Part shown: piece by piece, positions 25,401-37,600 of the stretch
How positions within the stretch are numbered: position 1 is the stretch's first letter
Layout: every line of letters begins with the position of its first letter
Assembly (NCBI GenBank): GCA_964035545.1
Contig: CAXIUT010000073.1
Span: forward strand, 248,001-312,000
Source of the DNA: Bugula neritina
Lineage: Eukaryota > Animalia > Bryozoa
DNA length: 64,000 bases
Direction of reading: 5' to 3'
The notes under the pieces: model-generated
The model's input: only the letters and a program-made list of their open reading frames with translations
Databases searched by the model: none
What the model was told of the DNA's origin: nothing
Position numbers and translations under genes: made by a program

Positions 25401-26999
25401 AACAGAAAGCTCATCTGCAGCGCCATTTCACAGTGTTAAATTTTGCTAGAGTAAAAATTAATTTTAGATGCCTTTGCAAACATATGAGAAATAAATGAGT
25501 CATTTTATGAAAAGAGGTGTTTGCAGCAGTTGTCCACTTTTGATTTAGACGCGTCATGGAAACTTTTGTAGTTTTAAATAATATCTCCAAACTCATCACT
25601 TGCATGTGTTTATATACTTGATAAAGTTTTTCATGCAAAACTTGATGCCTGCTTCAAAGACACCAGTGCTTAAAACTGTGTTAACTGTATTGGCACGTTG
25701 CCATGAGATATTTGGTTATATTTAGCATCACAACATACTCTTCAGAAAGTTAAGAAAATCAGTCTATAGAAAGTTAATGAAATAAACCTACCAGAGAGAG
25801 TAAGCCAGATGTAACAAGTAGATCCAAAACAAGTTGATTAACAATTGAAGTTGAATTCTCCATGTAGTGAATACTTTAGTCCTAATGTCAAATGCAAACG
25901 TCTGCAACCAAATTGTGTAGACTTCATGAGCTGGTTAGCTGACAGGACTCATTAAAGTTCTTAACTGTTGTGTGTATAGTGATGCCCATCTTGAACTAGA
26001 GAGGGCTGACGGAAGACTGCTACTTTGTGAAAATTGACAATGCATATTATTATTATTCATTGTTGAGATTCACGACTGCCATAAACAATGATAAAATATT
26101 CATTGTTGGTACTACTGAGTAGAATAAAATATAATATAATATTATTCTCTGGACAGATAAACAATATCAAATGCATATTATAACATTACCATAAATCTAC
26201 GGCGCTTCACATCTTCACTTTTTTCTGCAATGTTATTTCTTTGCAGTTAGAAGTACTAGCTGAATATATGACTATGAAACATAACCCTTCAATTTCATTG
26301 CACCAGCACCGATTTCAATATAGGTGTGTTGGGAGTTATCTTTCCTAAAGTTTTGTTCTTGGTGTTTATTCGAAGCAGACACAGGCTAATATTAGTTTTG
26401 TTATTTGCAAGAGTTTTTCTGTCTGATTGTCCATCAGCAAAAGTTTGCGCCTTGCAGTTATTATGGAAATACCAGTGATGCTGGAAGACCTTTGCATTGT
26501 ACACCCGCCTTTACTATTGAATTTAGATGTTTTATTTTCCCATCCCCTCTCCTGCCCCCCTGTCCCCTCTAACAACCAGCAATCCTGACTCATGTGAAAT
26601 GTGTTATTAAGTTTTAGAGTTGGACCATGGGCCTACAGTATACGATTTGAAGCTTTATAGTTTACAGGCAGTGGAGATGAGTCACTGCTGAAACCCATTT
26701 TATTAGTAGACTATATTGCTCTTCAATCATCAGTTTGCATATTAAAACAGAAAGCTCATCTGCAGCGCCATTTCACAGTGTTAAATTTTGCTAGAGTAAA
26801 AATTAATTTTAGATGTCTTTGCAAACATATGAGAAATAAATGAGTCATTTTATGAAAAGAGGGGTTTGCAGCAGTTGTCCACTTTTGATTTAGACGCGTC
26901 ATGGAAACTTTTGTAGTTTTAAATAATATCTCCAAACTCATCACTTGCATGTGTTTATATACTTGATAAAGTTTTTCATGCAAAACTTGATGCCTGCTT

Positions 27000-29900
27000 C
27001 AAAGACACCAGTGCTTAAATACTGTGTTAACTGTATTGGCACGTTGCCATGAGATATTTGGTAATATTTAGCATCACAACATACTCTTCAGAAAGTTAAG
27101 AAAATCAGTCTATAGAAAGTTAATGAAATAAACCTACCAGAGAGAGTAAGCCAGATGTAACAAGTAGATCCAAAACAAGTTGATTGACGATTGAAGTTGA
27201 ATTCTCCATGTAGTGAATACTTTAGTCCTAATGTCAAATGCAAACGTCTGCAACCAAATTGTGTAGACTTCATGAGCTGGTTAGCTGACAGGACTCATTA
27301 AAGTTCTTAACTCTTGTGTGTATAGTGATGCCCATCTTGAACTAGAGAGGGCTGACTGAAGACTGCTACTTTGTGAAAATTGACAATGCATATTATTATT
27401 ATTCATTGTTGAGATTCAGGACTGCCATAAACAATGATAAAATATTCATTGTTGGTACTACTGAGTAGAATAAAATATAATATAATATTATTCTCTGGAC
27501 AGATAAACAATATCAAATGCATATTATAACATTACCATAAATCTACGGCGCTTCACATCTTCACCTTTTTCTGCAATGTTATTTCTTTGCAGTTAGAAGT
27601 ACTAGCTGAATATATGACTATGAAACATAACCCTTCAATTTCATTGCACCAGCACCGATTTCAATATAGGTGTGTTGGGAGTTATCTTTCCTAAATTTTT
27701 GTTCTTGGCGTTTATACGAAACAGACACAGGCTAATATTAGTTTTGTTATTTGCAAGAGTTTTTCTGTCTGATTGTCCATCAGCAAAAGTTTGCGCCTTC
27801 CCGTTATTATGGAAATTCCAGTGCTGCTGGAAGACCTTTGCATTGTACACCCGCCTTTACTATTGAATTTAGATGTTTTATTTTCCCATCCCCTCTCCTG
27901 CCCCCCTGTCCCCTCTAACAACCAGCAATCCTGACTCATGCGAAATGTGTTATTAAGTTTTAGAGTTGGACCATGGGCCTACAGTATACGATTTGAAGCT
28001 TTATAGTTTACAGGCAGTGGAGATGAGTCACTGCTGAAACCCATTTTATTAGTAGACTATATTGCTCTTCAATCATCAGTTTGCATATTAAAACAGAAAG
28101 CTCATCTGCAGCGCCATTTCACAGTGTTAAATTTTGCTAGAGTAAAAATTAATTTTAGATGCCTTTGCAAACATATGAGAAATAAATGAGTCATTTTATG
28201 AAAAGAGGTGTTTGCAGCAGTTGTCCACTTTTGATTTAGACGCGTCATGGAAACTTTTGTAGTTTTAAATAATATCTCCAAACTCATCACTTGCATGTGT
28301 TTATATACTTGATAAAGTTTTTCATGCAAAACTTGATGCCTGCTTCAAAGACACCAGTGCTTAAATACTGTGTTAACTGTATTGGCACGTTGCCATGAGA
28401 TATTTGGTAATATTTAGCATCACAACATACTCTTCAGAAAGTTAAGAAAATCAGTCTATAGAAAGTTAATGAAATAAACCTACCAGAGAGAGTAAGCCAG
28501 GTGTAACAAGTAGATCCAAAACAAGTTGATTGACGATTGAAGTTGAATTCTCCATGTAGTGAATACTTTAGTCCTAATGTCAAATGCAAACGTCTGCAAC
28601 CAAATTGTGTAGACTTCATGAGCTGGTTAGCTGACAGGACTCATTAAAGTTCTTAACTCTTGTGTGTATAGTGATGCCCATCTTGAACTAGAGAGGGCTG
28701 ACTGAAGACTGCTCCTTTGTGAAAATTGACAATGCATATTATTATTATTCATTGTTGAGATTCACGACTGCCATAAACAATGATAAAATATTCATTGTTG
28801 GTACTACTGAGTAGAATAAAATATAATATAATATTATTCTCTGGACAGATAAACAATATCAAATGCATATTATAACATTACCATAAATCTACGGCGCTTC
28901 ACATCTTCACCTTTTTCTGCAATGTTATTTCTTTGCAGTTAGAAGTACTAGCTGAATATATGACTATGAAACATAACCCTTCAATTTCATTGCACCAGCA
29001 CCGATTTCAATGTAGGTGTGTTGGGAGTTATCTTTCCTAAATTTTTGTTCTTGGCAATTATACGAAACAGACACAGGCTAATATTAGTTTTGTTATTTGC
29101 AAGAGTTTTTCTGTCTGATTGTCCATCAGCAAAAGTTTGCGCCTTGCAGTTATTATGGAAATACCAGTGATGCTGGAAGACCTTTGCATTGTACACCCGC
29201 CTTTACTATTGAATTTAGATGTTTTATTTTCCCATCCCCTCTCCTGCCCCCCTGTCCCCTCTAACAACCAGCAATCCTGACTCATGCGAAATGTGTCATT
29301 AAGTTTTAGAGTTGGACCATGGGCCGACAGTATACGATTTGAAGCTTTATAGTTTACAGGCAGTGGAGATGAGTCACTGCTGAAACCCATTTTATTAGTA
29401 GACTATATTGCTCTTCAATCATCAGTTTTCATATTCAAAGAGAAAGCTCATCTGCAGCGCCATTTCACAGTGTTATATTTTGCTAGAGTAATAACTAATT
29501 TTAGATGCCTTTGCAAACATATGAGAAATAAATGAGTCATTTTATGAAAAGAGGTGTTTGCAGCAGTTGTCCACTTTTGATTTAGACGCGTCATGGAAAC
29601 TTTTGTAGTTTTAAATAATATCTCCAAACTCATCACTTGCATGTGTTTATATACTTGATAAAGTTTTTCATGCAAAACTTGATGCCTGCTTCAAAGACAC
29701 CAGTGCTTAAATACTGTGTTAACTGTATTGGCACGTTGCCATGAGATATTTGGTAATATTTAGCATCACAACATACTCTTCAGAAAGTTAAGAAAATCAG
29801 TCTATAGAAAGTTAATGAAATAAACCTACCAGAGAGAGTAAGCCAGATGTAACAAGTAGATCCAAAACAAGTTGATTGACGATTGAAGTTGAATTCTCCA

Positions 29901-31600
29901 TGTAGTGAATACTTTAGTCCTAATGTCAAATGCAAACGTCTGCAACCAAATTGTGTAGACTTCATGAGCTGGTTAGCTGACAGGACTCATTAAAGTTCTT
30001 AACTCTTGTGTGTATAGTGATGCCCATCTTGAACTAGAGAGGGCTGACTGAAGACTGCTACTTTGTGAAAATTGACAATGCATATTATTATTATTCATTG
30101 TTGAGATTCAGGACTGCCATAAACAATGATAAAATATTCATTGTTGGTACTACTGAGTAGAATAAAATATAATATAATATTATTCTCTGGACAGATAAAC
30201 AATATCAAATGCATATTATAACATTACCATAAATCTACGGCGCTTCACATCTTCACCTTTTTCTGCAATGTTATTTCTTTGCAGTTAGAAGTACTAGCTG
30301 AATATATGACTATGAAACATAACCCTTCAATTTCATTGCACCAGCACCGATTTCAATATAGGTGTGTTGGGAGTTATCTTTCCTAAATTTTTGTTCTTGG
30401 CGTTTATACGAAACAGACACAGGCTAATATTAGTTTTGTTATTTGCAAGAGTTTTTCTGTCTGATTGTCCATCAGCAAAAGTTTGCGCCTTCCCGTTATT
30501 ATGGAAATTCCAGTGCTGCTGGAAGACCTTTGCATTGTACACCCGCCTTTACTATTGAATTTAGATGTTTTATTTTCCCATCCCCTCTCCTGCCCCCCTG
30601 TCCCCTCTAACAACCAGCAATCCTGACTCATGCGAAATGTGTTATTAAGTTTTAGAGTTGGACCATGGGCCTACAGTATACGATTTGAAGCTTTATAGTT
30701 TACAGGCAGTGGAGATGAGTCACTGCTGAAACCCATTTTATTAGTAGACTATATTGCTCTTCAATCATCAGTTTGCATATTAAAACAGAAAGCTCATCTG
30801 CAGCGCCATTTCACAGTGTTAAATTTTGCTAGAGTAAAAATTAATTTTAGATGCCTTTGCAAACATATGAGAAATAAATGAGTCATTTTATGAAAAGAGG
30901 TGTTTGCAGCAGTTGTCCACTTTTGATTTAGACGCGTCATGGAAACTTTTGTAGTTTTAAATAATATCTCCAAACTCATCACTTGCATGTGTTTATATAC
31001 TTGATAAAGTTTTTCATGCAAAACTTGATGCCTGCTTCAAAGACACCAGTGCTTAAATACTGTGTTAACTGTATTGGCACGTTGCCATGAGATATTTGGT
31101 AATATTTAGCATCACAACATACTCTTCAGAAAGTTAAGAAAATCAGTCTATAGAAAGTTAATGAAATAAACCTACCAGAGAGAGTAAGCCAGGTGTAACA
31201 AGTAGATCCAAAACAAGTTGATTGACGATTGAAGTTGAATTCTCCATGTAGTGAATACTTTAGTCCTAATGTCAAATGCAAACGTCTGCAACCAAATTGT
31301 GTAGACTTCATGAGCTGGTTAGCTGACAGGACTCATTAAAGTTCTTAACTCTTGTGTGTATAGTGATGCCCATCTTGAACTAGAGAGGGCTGACTGAAGA
31401 CTGCTCCTTTGTGAAAATTGACAATGCATATTATTATTATTCATTGTTGAGATTCACGACTGCCATAAACAATGATAAAATATTCATTGTTGGTACTACT
31501 GAGTAGAATAAAATATAATATAATATTATTCTCTGGACAGATAAACAATATCAAATGCATATTATAACATTACCATAAATCTACGGCGCTTCACATCTTC
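27000..31600. repeat. Local higher-order duplication with 2,692-bp (2-monomer) offset
   Basis: TTCAGG variant base at 27419/30111; CCAGGTGT ~28500/~31192; GCTCCT ~28714/~31406; TTGACGATTG in four consecutive units. Confidence 0.88.
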
Positions 31601-34600
31601 ACCTTTTTCTGCAATGTTATTTCTTTGCAGTTAGAAGTACTAGCTGAATATATGACTATGAAACATAACCCTTCAATTTCATTGCACCAGCACCGATTTC
31701 AATATAGGTGTGTTGGGAGTTATCTTTCCTAAATTTTTGTTCTTAGCGTTTATACGAAACAGACACAGGCTAATATTAGTTTTGTTATTTGCAAGAGTTT
31801 TTCTGTCTGATTGTCCATCAGCAAAAGTTTGCGCCTTCCCGTTATTATGGAAATTCCAGTGCTGCTGGAAGACCTTTGCATTGTACACCCGCCTTTACTA
31901 TTGAATTTAGATGTTTTATTTTCCCATCCCCTCTCCTGCCCCCCTGTCCCCTCTAACAACCAGCAATCCTGACTCATGCGAAATGTGTTATTAAGTTTTA
32001 GAGTTGGACCATGGGCCTACAGTATACGATTTGAAGCTTTATAGTTTACAGGCAGTGGAGATGAGTCACTGCTGAAACCCATTTTATTAGTAGACTATAT
32101 TGCTCTTCAATCATCAGTTTGCATATTAAAACAGAAAGCTCATCTGCAGCGCCATTTCACAGTGTTAAATTTTGCTAGAGTAAAAATTAATTTTAGATGC
32201 CTTTGCAAACATATGAGAAATAAATGAGTCATTTTATGAAAAGAGGTGTTTGCAGCAGTTGTCCACTTTTGATTTAGACGCGTCATGGAAACTTTTGTAG
32301 TTTTAAATAATATCTCCAAACTCATCACTTGCATGTGTTTATATACTTGATAAAGTTTTTCATGCAAAACTTGATGCCTGCTTCAAAGACACCAGTGCTT
32401 AAATACTGTGTTAACTGTATTGGCACGTTGCCATGAGATATTTGGAAATATTTAGCATCACAACATACTCTTCAGAAAGTTAAGAAAATCAGTCTATAGA
32501 AAGTTAATGAAATAAACCTACCAGAGAGAGTAAGCCAGATGTAACAAGTAGATCCAAAACAAGTTGATTAACGATTGAAGTTGAATTCTCCATGTAGTGA
32601 ATACTTTAGTCCTAATGTCAAATGCAAACGTCTGCAACCAAATTGTGTAGACTTCATGAGCTGGTTAGCTGACAGGACTCATTAAAGTTCTTAACTCTTG
32701 TGTGTATAGTGATGCCCATCTTGAACTAGAGAGGGCTGACTGAAGACTGCTACTTTGTGAAAATTGACAATGCATATTATTATTATTCATTGTTGAGATT
32801 CACGACTGCCATAAACAATGATAAAATATTCATTGTTGGTACTACTGAGTAGAATAAAATATAATATAATATTATTCTCTGGACAGATAAACAATATCAA
32901 ATGCATAATATAACATTACCATAAATCTACGGCGCTTCACATCTTCACCTTTTTCTGCAATGTTGTTTCTTTGCAGTTAGAAGTACTAGCTGAATATATG
33001 ACTATGAAACATAACCCTTCAATTTCATTGCACCAGCACCGATTTCAATATAGGTGTGTTGGGAGTTATCTTTCCTAAAGTTTTGTTCTTGGTGTTTATA
33101 CGAAGCAGACACAGGCTAATATTAGTTTTGTTATTTGCAAGAGTTTTTCTGTCTGATTGTCCATCAGCAAAAGTTTGCGGCTTGCAGTTATTATGGAAAT
33201 ACCAGTGATGCTGGAAGACCTTTGCATTGTACACCCGCCTTTACTATTGAATTTAGATGTTTTATTTTCCCATCCCCTCTCCTGCCCCCCTGTCCCCTCT
33301 AACAACCAGCAATCCTGACTCATGTGAAATGTGTTATTAAGTTTTAGAGTTGGACCATGGGCCTACAGTATACGATTTGAAGCTTTATAGTTTACAGGCA
33401 GTGGAGATGAGTCACTGCTGAAACCCATTTTATTAGTAGACTATATTGCTCTTCAATCATCAGTTTGCATATTAAAACAGAAAGCTCATCTGCAGCGCCA
33501 TTTCACAGTGTTAAATTTTGCTAGAGTAAAAATTAATTTTAGATGCCTTTGCAAACATATGAGAAATAAATGAGTCATTTTATGAAAAGAGGTGTTTGCA
33601 GCAGTTGTCCACTTTTGATTTAGACGCGTCATGGAAACTTTTGTAGTTTTAAATAATATCTCCAAACTCATCACTTGCATGTGTTTATATACTTGATAAA
33701 GTTTTTCATGCAAAACTTGATGCCTGCTTCAAAGACACCAGTGCTTAAATACTGTGTTAACTGTATTGGCACGTTGCCATGAGATATTTGGAAATATTTA
33801 GCATCACAACATACTCTTCAGAAAGTTAAGAAAATCAGTCTATAGAAAGTTAATGAAATAAACCTACCAGAGAGAGTAAGCCAGATGTAACAAGTAGATC
33901 CAAAACAAGTTGATTAACGATTGAAGTTGAATTCTCCATGTAGTGAATACTTTAGTCCTAATGTCAAATGCAAACGTCTGCAACCAAATTGTGTAGACTT
34001 CATGAGCTGGTTAGCTGACAGGACTCATTAAAGTTCTTAACTCTTGTGTGTATAGTGATGCCCATCTTGAACTAGAGAGGGCTGACTGAAGACTGCTACT
34101 TTGTGAAAATTGACAATGCATATTATTATTATTCATTGTTGAGATTCACGACTGCCATAAACAATGATAAAATATTCATTGTTGGTACTACTGAGTAGAA
34201 TAAAATATAATATAATATTATTCTCTGGACAGATAAACAATATCAAATGCATAATATAACATTACCATAAATCTACGGCGCTTCACATCTTCACCTTTTT
34301 CTGCAATGTTGTTTCTTTGCAGTTAGAAGTACTAGCTGAATATATGACTATGAAACATAACCCTTCAATTTCATTGCACCAGCACCGATTTCAATATAGG
34401 TGTGTTGGGAGTTATCTTTCCTAAAGTTTTGTTCTTGGTGTTTATACGAAGCAGACACAGGCTAATATTAGTTTTGTTATTTGCAAGAGTTTTTCTGTCT
34501 GATTGTCCATCAGCAAAAGTTTGCGGCTTGCAGTTATTATGGAAATACCAGTGATGCTGGAAGACCTTTGCATTGTACACCCGCCTTTACTATTGAATTT

Positions 34601-37600
34601 AGATGTTTTATTTTCCCATCCCCTCTCCTGCCCCCCTGTCCCCTCTAACAACCAGCAATCCTGACTCATGTGAAATGTGTTATTAAGTTTTAGAGTTGGA
34701 CCATGGGCCTACAGTATACGATTTGAAGCTTTATAGTTTACAGGCAGTGGAGATGAGTCACTGCTGAAACCCATTTTATTAGTAGACTATATTGCTCTTC
34801 AATCATCAGTTTGCATATTAAAACAGAAAGCTCATCTGCAGCGCCATTTCACAGTGTTAAATTTTGCTAGAGTAAAAAGTAATTTTAGATGCCTTTGCAA
34901 ACATATGAGAAATAAATGAGTCAGTTTATGAAAAGAGGTGTTTGCAGCAGTTGTCCACTTTTGATTTAGACGCGTCATGGAAACTTTTGTAGTTTTAAAT
35001 AATATCTCCAAACTCATCACTTGCATGTGTTTATATACTTGATAAAGTTTTTCATGCAAAACTTGATGCCTGCTTCAAAGACACCAGTGCTTAAATACTG
35101 TGTTAACTGTATTGGCACGTTGCCATGAGATATTTGGTAATATTTAGCATCACAACATACTCTTCAGAAAGTTAAGAAAATCAGTCTATAGAAAGTTAAT
35201 GAAATAAACCTACCAGAGAGAGTAAGCCAGATGTAACAAGTAGATCCAAAACAAGTTGATTAACAATTGAAGTTGAATTCTCCATGTAGTGAATACTTTA
35301 GTCCTACTGTCAAATGCAAACGTCTGCAACCAAATTGTGTAGACTTCATGAGCTGGTTAGCTGACAGGACTCATTAAAGTTCTTAACTCTTGTGTGTATA
35401 GTGATGCCCATCTTGAACTAGAGAGGGCTGACGGAAGACTGCTACTTTGTGAAAATTGACAATGCATATTATTATTATTCATTGTTGAGATTCACGACTG
35501 CCATAAACAATGATAAAATATTCATTGTTGGTACTACTGAGTAGAATAAAATATAATATAATATTATTCTCTGGACAGATAAACAATATCAAATGCATAT
35601 TATAACATTACCATAAATCTACGGCGCTTCACATCTTCACCTTTTTCTGCAATGTTATTTCTTTGCAGTTAGAAGTACTAGCTGAATATATGACTATGAA
35701 ACATAACCCTTCAATTTCATTGCACCAGCACCGATTTCAATGTAGGTGTGTTGGGAGTTATCTTTCCTAAATTTTTGTTCTTGGCAATTATACGAAACAG
35801 ACACAGGCTAATATTAGTTTTGTTATTTGCAAGAGTTTTTCTGTCTGATTGTCCATCAGCAAAAGTTTGCGCCTTGCAGTTATTATGGAAATACCAGTGA
35901 TGCTGGAAGACCTTTGCATTGTACACCCGCCTTTACTATTGAATTTAGATGTTTTATTTTCCCATCCCCTCTCCTGCCCCCCTGTCCCCTCTAACAACCA
36001 GCAATCCTGACTCATGCGAAATGTGTCATTAAGTTTTAGAGTTGGACCATGGGCCGACAGTATACGATTTGAAGCTTTATAGTTTACAGGCAGTGGAGAT
36101 GAGTCACTGCTGAAACCCATTTTATTAGTAGACTATATTGCTCTTCAATCATCAGTTTTCATATTCAAAGAGAAAGCTCATCTGCAGTGCCATTTCACAG
36201 TGTTATATTTTGCTAGAGTAATAACTAATTTTAGATGCCTTTGCAAACATATGAGAAATAAATGAGTCATTTTATGAAAAGAGGTGTTTGCAGCAGTTGT
36301 CCACTTTTGATTTAGACGCGTCATGGAAACTTTTGTAGTTTTAAATAATATCTCCAAACTCATCACTTGCATGTGTTTATATACTTGATAAAGTTTTTCA
36401 TGCAAAACTTGATGCCTGCTTCAAAGACACCAGTGCTTAAATACTGTGTTAACTGTATTGGCACGTTGCCATGAGATATTTGGTAATATTTAGCATCACA
36501 ACATACTCTTCAGAAAGTTAAGAAAATCAGTCTATAGAAAGTTAATGAAATAAACCTACCAGAGAGAGTAAGCCAGATGTAACAAGTAGATCCAAAACAA
36601 GTTGATTGACGATTGAAGTTGAATTCTCCATGTAGTGAATACTTTAGTCCTAATGTCAAATGCAAACGTCTGCAACCAAATTGTGTAGACTTCATGAGCT
36701 GGTTAGCTGACAGGACTCATTAAAGTTCTTAACTCTTGTGTGTATAGTGATGCCCATCTTGAACTAGAGAGGGCTGACTGAAGACTGCTACTTTGTGAAA
36801 ATTGACAATGCATATTATTATTATTCATTGTTGAGATTCAGGACTGCCATAAACAATGATAAAATATTCATTGTTGGTACTACTGAGTAGAATAAAATAT
36901 AATATAATATTATTCTCTGGACAGATAAACAATATCAAATGCATATTATAACATTACCATAAATCTACGGCGCTTCACATCTTCACCTTTTTCTGCAATG
37001 TTATTTCTTTGCAGTTAGAAGTACTAGCTGAATATATGACTATGAAACATAACCCTTCAATTTCATTGCACCAGCACCGATTTCAATATAGGTGTGTTGG
37101 GAGTTATCTTTCCTAAATTTTTGTTCTTGGCGTTTATACGAAACAGACACAGGCTAATATTAGTTTTGTTATTTGCAAGAGTTTTTCTGTCTGATTGTCC
37201 ATCAGCAAAAGTTTGCGCCTTCCCGTTATTATGGAAATTCCAGTGCTGCTGGAAGACCTTTGCATTGTACACCCGCCTTTACTATTGAATTTAGATGTTT
37301 TATTTTCCCATCCCCTCTCCTGCCCCCCTGTCCCCTCTAACAACCAGCAATCCTGACTCATGCGAAATGTGTTATTAAGTTTTAGAGTTGGACCATGGGC
37401 CTACAGTATACGATTTGAAGCTTTATAGTTTACAGGCAGTGGAGATGAGTCACTGCTGAAACCCATTTTATTAGTAGACTATATTGCTCTTCAATCATCA
37501 GTTTGCATATTAAAACAGAAAGCTCATCTGCAGCGCCATTTCACAGTGTTAAATTTTGCTAGAGTAAAAATTAATTTTAGATGCCTTTGCAAACATATGA

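Noticed and set aside
27088-27273. 61-aa ORF MKSTQFGCRRL...
   Set aside because: Open only in a minority of units where a stop is mutated; a 2-bp indel polymorphism lies within it.
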